A DNA stretch of 64,000 bases from positions 128,001 through 192,000 of the forward strand of contig JBOEGD010000024.1 in assembly GCA_050633245.1 (NCBI GenBank), written 5' to 3'. Position 1 is the first letter of the stretch, and each line of letters opens with the position of its first letter. This document shows positions 19,775 to 29,670 of the stretch, in pieces. The stretch comes from Calditrichia bacterium (lineage in GTDB: Bacteria; Calditrichota; Calditrichia; RBG-13-44-9; J075). The translations under genes were made by a program, and so were the position numbers. The notes under the pieces were generated by a model. That model was given only the letters and a program-made list of their open reading frames with translations, was not told where the DNA came from and did not search any database.

Positions 19775-22762
19775 ATGGATTCAACCCGTTGGAATCAGAT
19801 TCAGGAAGTATTTGGCAAAGCTCTGGACCTTACCGAGCAAGAACGCGAGGCTTTTTTAAAAGAGGCCTGTGCAGACGATGCCGATTTGTTCTCAGAAGTG
19901 CAGTCATTATTGTCTGCTGACTCATCTGGCCACAGTATGCTTGATGGCGTCGCAATGGATACAGTGGGATCACCGGATTTGGTGATGCTGGTGGGGCGCG
20001 AAATCGGACCCTATCGTTTAACCGCTCCTATCGGCGAAGGTGGAATGGGAGCAGTTTATCTTGCAGAACGCGATGACGGGCAATTTGAACAACGCGTCGC
20101 GCTGAAGCTGATTCGCCCGGGAGTTCATTCCAAGGCTGTTCTACGACGTTTTCAGGAAGAGCGTCAAATTCTGGCGCAGCTCCAACACCCCAATATTGCC
20201 AGACTGCTCGATGGCGGGATGACCAGTGACGGTCAACCTTACCTTGTTATGGAATACATTGACGGCATGCCGCTTTTGCAGTATTGCGATAGCCAAAAGC
20301 TTGGTATTAAAGAACGACTGGCTATTTTTCGTGATGTGTGTTCAGCGCTTCAATACGCCCATAAGCGGCTTGTTATTCACCGCGACTTGAAGCCGGGGAA
20401 TATTCTGATAACTCGCGAAGGTGAGGCAAAGCTGCTGGACTTTGGCATTGCCAGAGTAATTGGAGAAGATCTTGATGGAATGGCACTTACCCAAACGGGT
20501 ATGCGATTGATGACTCCGGAGTACGCCAGCCCTGAACAGGTGCGTGGTGAGGTTGTCGGCACTTCTACCGACATTTATTCGATGGGTGTGCTTCTGTACG
20601 AAATGCTCACCGGGGTTCGCCCGCTGATTTTTAATTCACGTTCGCCCCTCGATATCGAAAAAGTCGTAACCGGCGAAATGCCGACTCGGCCCAGCCTTGC
20701 TGTTCAACAAACAACACAGCTTGTTGCGCCGACAGATTTCCTGGCGATGAGAAAGACCAATTTAAGGCAGCTGAAAAACACGTTGAAAGGTGACCTCGAT
20801 ACAATTTGCTTAATGGCTTTGCGTAAAGAGCCAGAACGTCGCTACAGCTCAATTGAGCAATTCTCGGAAGACATTCGTCGTTACCTTGCCGGACTGCCGG
20901 TTATTGCACAAAGTGACACTTTTGGCTATCGCGTCGGAAAATTTCTCAAACGAAATTCCTATGCCATGGTGGCTCTTACGGCTACGATTTGCCTAATCGG
21001 TTTATTGATTACATTTTATACGATTCGATTAACTGAAGAGCGCGATCGCGCTCGTACCGAAGCAAACAAGGCCGAACAGATTTCCGTTTTCCTAAGCAGC
21101 CTGTTTGAAGTTGCTGATCCGCAAAATTCACGTGGTGAAACCATTACTGCGCGTGAACTGCTGGAAGAAGGCGCTCAGCGAATTGAAGGAGAGCTGGCCG
21201 ATCAACCGGAAGTTCAGTCACGTATGATGACGATAATTGGTGAGGTGTATACCGGATTAGGGCTTTATGACAAGGCCGATACCTTACTAGAGCGTTCGCT
21301 GCGCAAGCAACGCAGTTTTCCAAACTCTTCTCGCCTCGAGATGATGAATACGCTGGTTACAGCGGGCATGTCTCGTCGTGCTTCCGGCATAACAGCGAAT
21401 GCCGATACCCTGTTCAAAGAAGCGCTTGCCATTGCTGAAAGAGAAGTTGGCAAAAGCGATCCACAGTATGCCGAAATTCAGCTGAAATACGGCGGACTGC
21501 TTTTGGACAAGGGGGAGATTGCTAAAGCGGAGCCGTTGATGCTCGAAGGCATTAAAGTGCTCAGGAAACATGCTGTCGAGCAGCCGAATGAACTTGCCGA
21601 AGGATTGCATCAGCTTGGAAAGCTTTACCATGATCTGGCGAACTATGATAAATCTGAAGAGATATATCGCGAGTCATTAAAAATTCGCGAGGAAATATTT
21701 GGGAAAACACATTTAAGCTATACGCGTTCGCTGACAGAGCTGGCCTTTCTAATGCAGGATGTCGGTCGTTTCGATGAAGCCGAAACCATGTTTCGCAGCG
21801 CCATCGAGTTGGATAGCACAATCTATAACGGCAAACATCCCAATCTCACCAGCGATTATTTTTATCTCGGTGCACTGTTGCACAATCGTGGAAAGCACAA
21901 AGAGGCAGAACCTATTTATCGCAAGGTCATTGCGCTCGACCACGAACAGTATGGTGACGAGCATCCTTATTTGGCACTAAGTATGAATGACCTCGCCGGT
22001 GTTTTGGTCGATCTCGACAATTATGCTGAAGCAGAATCGTTGTACTCAAAGTCTCTGGCGATGCAAATTAAGCTTCAGGGCCCGGATCATCCAGAAGTCG
22101 CGACAACTAAAAGTAACTTCGGCAACCTGATGAGCAGAACCTATCGCTATGCGGAGGCAGAACGTTTTTATAAGGATGCGCTTAGAATTCGAAAAAAACT
22201 ATATGGCGATTCCCATCCGGTTGTAGCGGTTAGTGTTTTTTCATATGGTAATATTCTCAGAACACTGGGGCAGCTTGAAGATAGCGAAAAATTTCTGCGT
22301 GACGCTCTGGAGATGCGCCGCGAGTTTCGCAAAGAGCCCCACCGTGATATTGCTCTGAACCTCGGTGCAATTGCCGGAACGCTTATCGAAATGGACAGGC
22401 TGGAGGAAGCGGAAGAGCTGACGCTTAAAGCACATGCGATGAATAAGGAAGTTTTGGGTGAACACGACTTGCGTATTGGCAATACCGGGAAGCAGTTGGC
22501 TCGAATAATGTGGCGTCAAAAACGCTACAAAGAAGCGGAAAAACTTTATGGTGAGGCACTCACCCTCTTTCGACGGGAACTGGCCTCAGATCATAAGCTG
22601 ATCGCTTCTACGACTATGCAGCTTGGGGAGATGCTTGTTGAATTGGGACGTGCTGCAGAAGCGAAGCCATTGTTGCAGGAAGCAAAGGCAATTTATGATG
22701 CTGATACATCGCCTTATAATAAGAACAAAGCTCGTATTCGTGAAATTCTGGCCAGAATTTAA
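19775..22762 (+). CDS. Membrane Ser/Thr protein kinase with C-terminal TPR repeats
   Basis: IGEGGMGAVY, VALK, HPNIARL, HRDLKPGN, DFG, TPEYASPE; one TM helix; many TPR (HPxxA) repeats. Confidence 0.95.
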   Translation: MDSTRWNQIQEVFGKALDLTEQEREAFLKEACADDADLFSEVQSLLSADSSGHSMLDGVAMDTVGSPDLVMLVGREIGPYRLTAPIGEGGMGAVYLAERDDGQFEQRVALKLIRPGVHSKAVLRRFQEERQILAQLQHPNIARLLDGGMTSDGQPYLVMEYIDGMPLLQYCDSQKLGIKERLAIFRDVCSALQYAHKRLVIHRDLKPGNILITREGEAKLLDFGIARVIGEDLDGMALTQTGMRLMTPEYASPEQVRGEVVGTSTDIYSMGVLLYEMLTGVRPLIFNSRSPLDIEKVVTGEMPTRPSLAVQQTTQLVAPTDFLAMRKTNLRQLKNTLKGDLDTICLMALRKEPERRYSSIEQFSEDIRRYLAGLPVIAQSDTFGYRVGKFLKRNSYAMVALTATICLIGLLITFYTIRLTEERDRARTEANKAEQISVFLSSLFEVADPQNSRGETITARELLEEGAQRIEGELADQPEVQSRMMTIIGEVYTGLGLYDKADTLLERSLRKQRSFPNSSRLEMMNTLVTAGMSRRASGITANADTLFKEALAIAEREVGKSDPQYAEIQLKYGGLLLDKGEIAKAEPLMLEGIKVLRKHAVEQPNELAEGLHQLGKLYHDLANYDKSEEIYRESLKIREEIFGKTHLSYTRSLTELAFLMQDVGRFDEAETMFRSAIELDSTIYNGKHPNLTSDYFYLGALLHNRGKHKEAEPIYRKVIALDHEQYGDEHPYLALSMNDLAGVLVDLDNYAEAESLYSKSLAMQIKLQGPDHPEVATTKSNFGNLMSRTYRYAEAERFYKDALRIRKKLYGDSHPVVAVSVFSYGNILRTLGQLEDSEKFLRDALEMRREFRKEPHRDIALNLGAIAGTLIEMDRLEEAEELTLKAHAMNKEVLGEHDLRIGNTGKQLARIMWRQKRYKEAEKLYGEALTLFRRELASDHKLIASTTMQLGEMLVELGRAAEAKPLLQEAKAIYDADTSPYNKNKARIREILARI

Positions 22763-22765
22763 GCG

Positions 22766-23260
22766 CTACGGTTTATCTGCAATCAGCACGTAGCGCCGTG
22801 CCTCGGAATAAAGCTCCTCACCCTCATCATTTAATATGCTTACCTGATAAAAATAAATACTGTTCGGAAGCGGATTATTCTGATCATCTTTACCATCCCA
22901 CTGAAGCTTATATACTCCGATTGCCTGCTTTTCGTCTACGAGTACCCGCAGTGGGTTGCCAAGAAAATTGAAAATTGTAAGCCGGACATGTGAAGGAAGC
23001 CGCAATTCGTAAACAATTGTCTGATTGGGCTCAGGGGATTCAGAGGTTTCAGGAAGAACTACCGGCGTAAATTGCAACTTTTTGGTTAACTGCTGTAGCT
23101 CTTTGTTGGCAGAATGTTTTTCGGACGCTGCAACGGTTATTGTGGAAGAGGTATCTTCTGCAACAGGTGATAGTCGCTTGCCGCTACTGCAATGACTCAA
23201 CAGTAGTGTGGCAAACACCAACATTGCTAATTTGCTGGTTATAGTAAGCAGTCGATTCAT
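22766..23260 (-). CDS. Lipoprotein with FlgD Ig-like domain
   Basis: Lipobox-like LSHC; VRLTIFNFLG...LRVLVD...WDGKD...IYFY. Confidence 0.75.
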   Translation of the reverse strand: MNRLLTITSKLAMLVFATLLLSHCSSGKRLSPVAEDTSSTITVAASEKHSANKELQQLTKKLQFTPVVLPETSESPEPNQTIVYELRLPSHVRLTIFNFLGNPLRVLVDEKQAIGVYKLQWDGKDDQNNPLPNSIYFYQVSILNDEGEELYSEARRYVLIADKP

Positions 23261-23360
23261 AAATCTCCGTAAGATGGCGTGTATATTGGAAAACGTTATT
23301 CAGCGAAAGATGTTTCCACAAAGCTGATATTAAGTACTATTACAGGATCACTTCACATTT

Positions 23361-23489
23361 TGAGTTTGTCACCTCGAGCCCTTCGACTTCGCTCAGGACA
23401 GGCTCCGCCGAGAGGCTAAGAAGCTCTCAATAGGGCTTCGACGGGGTTTATCCTGAGCAGCGTCGAAGGACTCAGCCTGACCAAATTCA
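23361..23489. repeat. Nested REP-like palindromic element
   Basis: CCTTCGACTTCGCTCAGGA (23380-23398) is an imperfect inverted repeat of TCCTGAGCAGCGTCGAAGG (23451-23469); weaker outer arms; related copy at 63042-63120. Confidence 0.7.
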
Positions 23490-23533
23490 ATTATGAAGTA
23501 TATTTCAAATACTTATGTTAGACTACTTATTCG

Positions 23534-24052
23534 CTAAAGATAACGTTCTCGCATAATTCTAAAGTGATGCGCCACATGACCAGCAGTAACGTATATAAGT
23601 GCGCGTACGCTCATGGCATTATCGCTGGCAATTCCCTGTAGCTCTTCTTGCTCTTTATTCAAATTCGCAAACAGCATCAGATTGCTATTGCGCAATAACT
23701 TGAATTCCTCAACCAGGTTGGTCAAGGACCGTGAGTCGGCGTGGGCGGCTGTAATATAGGAATTTTCCTCAAAACCGGGGAGAGGTGTTTGGTCATTTCG
23801 GGAAAACCGCAATACGCGATAGCCAAAAACACGCTCCGCATCAGACATGTGACAAATTAATTCCTTAATGCTCCACTTTCCTTCCGCATAACGAAACAGT
23901 CCTTTTTCTTCATCTACTCCGGCCAAAACGGCGTCCAGGTCTTCAAGCTGTTGTTCCAATAGTGTCAGGACATTTGCTGATTCCGGTACTGCTGCAACAT
24001 AACCTGCATAAAAAGGTGCGTATTCAGTAGAATCGGGACGTGAAATGGACAT
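23534..24052 (-). CDS. DinB family protein
   Basis: YAPFYAGYV, YAEGKWSIKELICHMSDAERVF, AGHVAHH. Confidence 0.9.
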   Translation of the reverse strand: MSISRPDSTEYAPFYAGYVAAVPESANVLTLLEQQLEDLDAVLAGVDEEKGLFRYAEGKWSIKELICHMSDAERVFGYRVLRFSRNDQTPLPGFEENSYITAAHADSRSLTNLVEEFKLLRNSNLMLFANLNKEQEELQGIASDNAMSVRALIYVTAGHVAHHFRIMRERYL

Positions 24053-24064
24053 TGCACTGCCTCC

Positions 24065-24766
24065 TCAGAGTAATCTATAATCGTTGAATATACTGATGAT
24101 TTTTTCGGTGTCGTTTAAGTCGGGCAGAATTACATCTGCCCCCTGTAGTGCTTTTTCATCATAGATGCCGGTTGCCACTGCAAGGCAGCGCATACCATTT
24201 ACTTTAGCGCATTCTACATCATGCGGCGTATCGCCGATAACCCAGCTGCGCTGTCTCTCAAAGCGCTTGCTAAAATGCTTCTCTGCGCGTTCTGCTGCGA
24301 TAGGAGGTAGCAGGTTTCGATTCTCAGCATCACTGCCGAATGCGCCAATGGGAAAAAATGTATTGAACTTCGGTGGTCTCAGTTTCAAACGGGCTCCGCG
24401 CTCAACATTGCCAGTGACCAACCCCATAGCGAAACCGAGATCTTCAGTCTCCTGAAGCAGGTTGGTAACACCGGGCAGAAGAGTGACGACCTCTTCGTTT
24501 GCCAAGGTTGTTTCCAGTCGCGATAAATACGCGTCCAGCAGTTTATCGATGGTTGCTTCAATATCAGAAACCTGAAGGTTGTTTTTTGTTATCAACGTGC
24601 GAAGAATTTTTCGATCGGTAGAACCGGCAAAATCTTTGGGGGACCAATCGATATCGCTATCGAAGGCTTCAGCGACAACACTTTGCACAATTTTTAGCGG
24701 AATGCGATTGGTACGCATCAGCGTGCCATCGATATCAAATAGCAGGAGAGTAGAGGAGGTTTTCAT
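24065..24766 (-). CDS. HAD-superfamily hydrolase
   Basis: LFDIDGTL, LVTGN, GAFGSD, IGDTPHD. Confidence 0.92.
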   Translation of the reverse strand: MKTSSTLLLFDIDGTLMRTNRIPLKIVQSVVAEAFDSDIDWSPKDFAGSTDRKILRTLITKNNLQVSDIEATIDKLLDAYLSRLETTLANEEVVTLLPGVTNLLQETEDLGFAMGLVTGNVERGARLKLRPPKFNTFFPIGAFGSDAENRNLLPPIAAERAEKHFSKRFERQRSWVIGDTPHDVECAKVNGMRCLAVATGIYDEKALQGADVILPDLNDTEKIISIFNDYRLL

Positions 24767-24767
24767 C

Positions 24768-25673
24768 TTAATAACCCAGCTTGCGCAGCTGGCTTTCCTT
24801 CTTACGCCAGTCTGCTGCTACTTTAACGTATAACTTTAGAAATACATTGGTGTCGAGGAACTCCTCAATATCACGTCGGGCATTTTGCCCCACTCGCTTA
24901 ATCGCTTCGCCACCCTTGCCAATAATAATTCCCTTTTGAGAGTCTTTTTCAACGAGAACCACTGCTTCGATGTAAACCTGACCGGTCTTACGAACCTTAT
25001 ACTGTTCGATTTCAACGTGAGAAGAGTACGGAATTTCATCGCTGTAAAGTTCAAAGATCTTTTCGCGAATAAGCTCTGCAACGAAAAACCGCTCTTGCTG
25101 ATTGCTAATCTCATCGGTAGGATAATAGGGCGGGCTGAAGGGCAAACAGCTTGCGAGTTCTTTGGTTAATTCCTCGATGCCGTTGCGTTTTAAGGCGGAC
25201 AGCGGAACGATTGCTTTAAACGGGTAGAGCTTTTGTAGCGACTCTATCATTGGAAGCAGATAGTTGGTGTCGAGCAAGTCGATTTTATTAAGCGCGAGAA
25301 CGACCGGCTTTTTTACATTCTTTAGCTGCTCTTTCAGCACTTCCCAGGAATCGCGGCTCTTTACGGCATCGAGAAGATAGAGAAGCACATCCGCATCCTT
25401 TACCGCACTTTCCACGTAGCGCATCATTGCTTTTTGTAGATGATATTGTGGGTCGAGAATTCCCGGTGTGTCGATAAAGATCATCTGAAGCTCCGGTTCA
25501 TTCAGGATGCCTAACACGCTGCGGCGGGTTGTTTGCGGCTTACGTGTGACAATGGACAGCTTTTGATCCAGAAACTGATTCATCAGCGTAGATTTACCCA
25601 CATTCGGCATACCGATTACGGCAACATAGCCGGCGCGGAAGTTCTTGGGAAGTGGTTTAAGGAGATCTGTCAT
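24768..25673 (-). CDS. era: GTPase Era
   Basis: GMPNVGKST, KPQTTR, DTPG, NKID, SAL, and KH domain QKGIIIGKGG. Start re-assigned to MTDLL to remove overlap with the upstream gene. Confidence 0.97.
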   Translation of the reverse strand: MTDLLKPLPKNFRAGYVAVIGMPNVGKSTLMNQFLDQKLSIVTRKPQTTRRSVLGILNEPELQMIFIDTPGILDPQYHLQKAMMRYVESAVKDADVLLYLLDAVKSRDSWEVLKEQLKNVKKPVVLALNKIDLLDTNYLLPMIESLQKLYPFKAIVPLSALKRNGIEELTKELASCLPFSPPYYPTDEISNQQERFFVAELIREKIFELYSDEIPYSSHVEIEQYKVRKTGQVYIEAVVLVEKDSQKGIIIGKGGEAIKRVGQNARRDIEEFLDTNVFLKLYVKVAADWRKKESQLRKLGY

Positions 25674-25692
25674 ACCATCTCTTTCATTAAGG

Positions 25693-26280
25693 CTATTCGA
25701 CCAGCTTACCAAGACGCAGCATAGTTTCGAGCAGCTCACGCATTTCTTTTGGTCGGGTATCGTGTTTTAAGTTTTTGGAACTGCGCTCCAGAATCATTCC
25801 GGTTTGTGATGCCAGAATATAAACAAACGGATCAAGATCGGGGAGCAGCTTCTCGAGCTTGGGAATTTGTAGATGATGTAGTTTCGCCGGGTTCGTCGGG
25901 CGCAGGAGATAGCTTCCATCCAATAAATCGATCATTTGAGGAGCGCCATCTTCTACGTTCTCCTTATCCACCCACTGGCTGGATAACAAAGAGAAATTCG
26001 CTTTCGACTCGGCATGCATGGTTACATTAATGTAGTAACTGCGTTCTTCACCCGGCTTTTTCTCGGAGCTGATTGAGATAGTTGCATTGCGCTCTTTGTA
26101 AATTGTCTTAAAGCTTGGGCGATTGGCGAAGCCGGCGCGATTTACTTTGCCGCCGATTTCATCTTCCAGCTCCATAAAGTTGTCGTGCACTGCATCGAAA
26201 CGCAGCTTACGCATATAGATCATACCGTAGTAAACCAGTAGAACCAGGGCCATCAGGCCGGAAACTATCCAGAGAGACAT
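25693..26280 (-). CDS. Hypothetical membrane-anchored protein
   Basis: 195-aa ORF with an N-terminal TM helix, co-oriented within the era operon. Confidence 0.7.
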   Translation of the reverse strand: MSLWIVSGLMALVLLVYYGMIYMRKLRFDAVHDNFMELEDEIGGKVNRAGFANRPSFKTIYKERNATISISSEKKPGEERSYYINVTMHAESKANFSLLSSQWVDKENVEDGAPQMIDLLDGSYLLRPTNPAKLHHLQIPKLEKLLPDLDPFVYILASQTGMILERSSKNLKHDTRPKEMRELLETMLRLGKLVE

Positions 26281-26296
26281 TTCTTTTCCCTTCGCG

Positions 26297-27241
26297 TTAG
26301 ATCATAAACGGAATTGGAATAAAGCACAGTATAAAAATTAAGATGCATAACCACCCGAGAAACTTTCGGGTCTTGTCCAGATGCACGCTGTTATCGCCTG
26401 TCGGTGGATGCACCAGACCAATCAACAGTAAAATAATAATCCACGGTCCCCAAATCAGGCCGTTTAATCCTCGGGAATAAAATAGCCAGCCGGTAAGCAG
26501 AAGAATTCCTACAAAGGCCGCGTAATTAACATATCGTGCTTGCGATCCGATAAGCGAATAAACGACATGCCCACCATCCAGCTGACCGATGGGGATGAGA
26601 TTCAGCGCGGTAATAAAAAAACCTATCCATCCGCAATAGATAAACGGGAAGTGATAAATTTCCGACATCGGAATAAGCCCACCGCCCAGAACCATATTAA
26701 AGGCGTAAAAGAGGGCCGAGTTACCCAGTGTTAATCCAGCTGCATCAGGATCCCACGGGTGAATGCGTTCGACAAATGCAATAACGCCATTCGCATCCGG
26801 CAGAGTTGCGTAACCGTAAAACAAAAAGCCCAGACTAATTACAAATCCGGCTATTGGGCCGGAGACGGCCACATCCATAAGCACTTTACGATCTGGAATT
26901 AGAGCGCGAATACGAATAAAGGCTCCCATCGTTCCAAAGTGAAAAAAGTAGGGAATTGGAACCGGAATATAAAAAGGAAGAGAGACATTTAACCCATGAT
27001 AGCGTGCCGCCAGATAATGTCCCATTTCATGTGCCGTTAAGATCGTTAAAATCGCAAAGGCATATCGCCAACCTGCCGTAAGAAGCAGCATTGGGTTTTC
27101 CAGCATTTGCTCTGGAGCGATGCCGTGATTTTGAGCCCCCATGAGCATTGTTGTTAGTATGGAAGAGAAGAAAAGCAGCGCATGTAGCCACAGTTTTTCG
27201 CGAGGAGGAGACGTTACTGGTGTACTGTAGGGTTCGTTCAA
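26297..27241 (-). CDS. Site-2 protease (M50) family protein
   Basis: HEMGH zinc motif, GTMGAFI, SGPIAG, LNLIPIGQLDGGH; multiple TM helices. Confidence 0.93.
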   Translation of the reverse strand: MNEPYSTPVTSPPREKLWLHALLFFSSILTTMLMGAQNHGIAPEQMLENPMLLLTAGWRYAFAILTILTAHEMGHYLAARYHGLNVSLPFYIPVPIPYFFHFGTMGAFIRIRALIPDRKVLMDVAVSGPIAGFVISLGFLFYGYATLPDANGVIAFVERIHPWDPDAAGLTLGNSALFYAFNMVLGGGLIPMSEIYHFPFIYCGWIGFFITALNLIPIGQLDGGHVVYSLIGSQARYVNYAAFVGILLLTGWLFYSRGLNGLIWGPWIIILLLIGLVHPPTGDNSVHLDKTRKFLGWLCILIFILCFIPIPFMI

Positions 27242-27417
27242 GTAGATGCCTGATTCACAGATGAATATTTAGCGTAATGTCTGCTATGCAGATTGGTTCA
27301 ATTACTGAACGCTAAACATACAAAAAATATCCTTCCTTCTCAACCATATTCAATTCCCATAGCCTATAACCCGGATATCGCATGATCCGTGTATTTCTCT
27401 TCATCTGCCTCAAAAAT

Positions 27418-27464
27418 ATCACACGTTCAGGGGATAGTCATTTTCGGCCTCCGGCAATACGTTT
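27418..27464 (+). promoter_or_regulatory. Shared upstream box plus TAnnTTT element (copy 1)
   Basis: ATCACACGTTCAGGGGATAG, with TACGTTT starting 39 bp after the T of TCACA; same geometry at 49424 and 53183. Confidence 0.6.
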
Positions 27465-27577
27465 CACTATACACAATTTAATAGAATGATGAACTTGCCG
27501 GTCGGCCCGTGGTTGGAAGCCCGCAAGGTTGAGACGTCATCATTCTGAAATTTTTTTCACAAGAGGAGGTAAGCAGA

Positions 27578-28783
27578 ATGAGGTATTCTTTACGCGTTGT
27601 ATTCGTAGCCTTAGGTGTTTTAAGCTTTTCATTATTGGCGCAGGTGCAGGTTGAAACCGTTACGCCAAACGCTTTTAACGGAAGTGGCGGGGTGGTGGTG
27701 AATGCGGCCGGTGAAGTTTTTGTTGGTGACTTTGGTCAGACACTTGGCGGTAACCCTTATGGTACTACGGTAAAACAGGTTGATCTGACTGATGGTTCTG
27801 TTTCTGTATTTGCCACTGGCTTGAACGGTGCCTCAGGCAATGCGTTCGACAGTCAGGGTAATCTATATCAGTCCAATATCGGCGGGAGTTTTATTAGCAA
27901 AATCGACCCGGCTGGTAATGTAACCACCTTTACCAGCACCGGAATTGCCGGGCCGGTTGGTATTGCTGTGGGGGCCAACGATACGGTTTATGTGGCAAAT
28001 TGTGGCAACAGCACAATTCGCAAAATTGCTCCGGACGGGTCCTCAATGGCCTTTGCATCAGGAGGTCTGTTTAACTGCCCAAATGGCCTGACCATCGATG
28101 AAAACGGCATCTTATATACGGCCAACTTCAGCAATGGAAACGTAATTAAAATTGAACCCGACGGAACGGCAAGTATACTTGCAACTATCCCGGGGAATAA
28201 TAACGGGCATTTGACCTATGCAAATGGTCGCCTGTATGTTGTTGGGCGCTGTACAAATCGCATCTATGAAGTAAGTCTTAGTGGTGATGTCACCTGGCTT
28301 GCCGGTAGTGGGCAACGCGGTAACGCGGATGGCCCTGCAGCTTCGGCGAGCTTCTCGATTCCCAACGGCATTGCCGCCAGCCCGGATGGCAGCGCATTGT
28401 ATATTAATGATGCGGTTCCGACTTCCGGCGGATGCTTTAATGGTCTGTTGAACCAGGTGGTACTGCGTAAGATTACGCTAACTACGACCGGTGTCGAGCC
28501 GATAGCCGGTAGCGTTGCTACAGATTTTCAGCTTGACCAAAATTATCCAAACCCGTTTAATCCATCCACGTCGATCCGCTTTGAACTACCGCACGCCACG
28601 GATGTACGCCTGACCGTGTTCGACGTATCGGGTAGGGAAGTGGCAACGCTGGTAGATGAACCGAAAAATGCTGGAGTCTACCTTGCCACATTTGAAGGTC
28701 ACCAATTGCCGTCCGGCGTTTATTTCTATCGTCTGCAAACAAGCGAACGTACACTGGTGCGCAAAATGACCTTGAATAAATAA
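27578..28783 (+). CDS. Secreted NHL/SMP-30-like beta-propeller protein with YPNPFNP C-terminal domain
   Basis: GAGGAGG RBS; signal peptide; GPVGIAV, PNGLTID, PNGIAAS repeats; QNYPNPFNPSTSIRF...SGVYFYRL. Confidence 0.88.
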   Translation: MRYSLRVVFVALGVLSFSLLAQVQVETVTPNAFNGSGGVVVNAAGEVFVGDFGQTLGGNPYGTTVKQVDLTDGSVSVFATGLNGASGNAFDSQGNLYQSNIGGSFISKIDPAGNVTTFTSTGIAGPVGIAVGANDTVYVANCGNSTIRKIAPDGSSMAFASGGLFNCPNGLTIDENGILYTANFSNGNVIKIEPDGTASILATIPGNNNGHLTYANGRLYVVGRCTNRIYEVSLSGDVTWLAGSGQRGNADGPAASASFSIPNGIAASPDGSALYINDAVPTSGGCFNGLLNQVVLRKITLTTTGVEPIAGSVATDFQLDQNYPNPFNPSTSIRFELPHATDVRLTVFDVSGREVATLVDEPKNAGVYLATFEGHQLPSGVYFYRLQTSERTLVRKMTLNK

Positions 28784-28788
28784 GGCTG

Positions 28789-28920
28789 GACTGGAGCAGT
28801 TTTCAAAAGACTGGAGCAGTTTTCAAAAGACTGGAGCAGTTTTCAAAAGACTGGAGCAGTTTTTAAAAGACTGGAGCAGTTTTCAAAAGACTGGAGCAGT
28901 TTTTAAAACTGCTCCAGTCT
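28789..28920. repeat. Six tandem 20-bp units ending in a 33-bp palindrome
   Basis: GACTGGAGCAGTTTT(C/T)AAAA x6; the last unit forms AGACTGGAGCAGTTTT-T-AAAACTGCTCCAGTCT. Confidence 0.95.
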
Positions 28921-28968
28921 AATTCCCTCACCTATTTTGATATTTTCCGCTAAAGCGGTATCTTTTTT

Positions 28969-29003
28969 TTGACCATGCGTTAGAATTTCAAACGCTTGTC
29001 GAA
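28969..29003. promoter_or_regulatory. Two candidate TetR operators upstream of tetR
   Basis: TTGACCATGCGTTAGA and TCAAACGCTTGTCGAA are partial matches to the palindrome TCTAACG-N2-CGTTAGA. Confidence 0.45.
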
Positions 29004-29018
29004 AAAAAGAGGCGGATA

Positions 29019-29651
29019 ATGTCCAAGCCAACCACAGGAACAGGCAGAGTCGCGCGAAAGCGACAACAGCGCATTTTGAAGATCTATGATGAGGCTGCAA
29101 AGCTCTTTGCGAATAAGGGCTATCATGCAACCAGTATGGAAGACATTGCCGCAGCAATGGATCTTCAAAAAGGCAGCCTTTATTATTACTTTTCCTCAAA
29201 AGAAGCTCTTCTCTGCGAACTGGTTGAGAGGCAGATCGATGCAGCGGTAGATATTTTACACGACATCCATGCAGCGGCCGAGCAGCCAACTGAAAAGTTT
29301 CGTCGGGCAGTTCAGGCTCACCTCGAATTATTTAATCGACACGCAGACATTCATTCCATCTTCCTATTTGAAAATCTCGGAACCATTAATCGTGAGCTTG
29401 CTACGTCCGTCGAGGACCTGGCAAAGCGCTATCGCGACGCCTGGCGACATTTATTTGAAAGCGGCGTCGCTGCCGGTGAGTTTCGTCAGGATTTGGATGT
29501 TTCCCTTACGATAATGGCTTTTGAAGGCATGATGAACTTTACAGTAATGTGGTTTCGACGCGATGGGAGGCTGACAATTGAACAGGCTACAGACAGCTTT
29601 ATTAAGCTTATGCTCAATGGAGTTTTAAGTAGTCCAATACATGATAAATAA
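29019..29651 (+). CDS. TetR/AcrR family regulator (KstR2-like C-terminus)
   Basis: AAKLFANKGYHATSMEDIA...KGSLYYYFSSKEALL; GEFR; WFRRDG. Confidence 0.93.
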   Translation: MSKPTTGTGRVARKRQQRILKIYDEAAKLFANKGYHATSMEDIAAAMDLQKGSLYYYFSSKEALLCELVERQIDAAVDILHDIHAAAEQPTEKFRRAVQAHLELFNRHADIHSIFLFENLGTINRELATSVEDLAKRYRDAWRHLFESGVAAGEFRQDLDVSLTIMAFEGMMNFTVMWFRRDGRLTIEQATDSFIKLMLNGVLSSPIHDK

Positions 29652-29654
29652 AAA

Positions 29655-29670
29655 TCTAACGACGGTTTGA
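29655..29670. promoter_or_regulatory. Candidate TetR operator upstream of the TonB receptor
   Basis: TCTAACGACGGTTTGA matches 12/14 positions of TCTAACG-N2-CGTTAGA. Confidence 0.45.

Noticed and set aside
25674-25739. Cys-rich N-terminal extension of Era
   Set aside because: It overlaps the upstream gene; MTDLL at 25673 gives normal Era length.
28789-28920. CRISPR array
   Set aside because: Units are contiguous 20-mers with no unique spacers, and no cas genes are present in the window.
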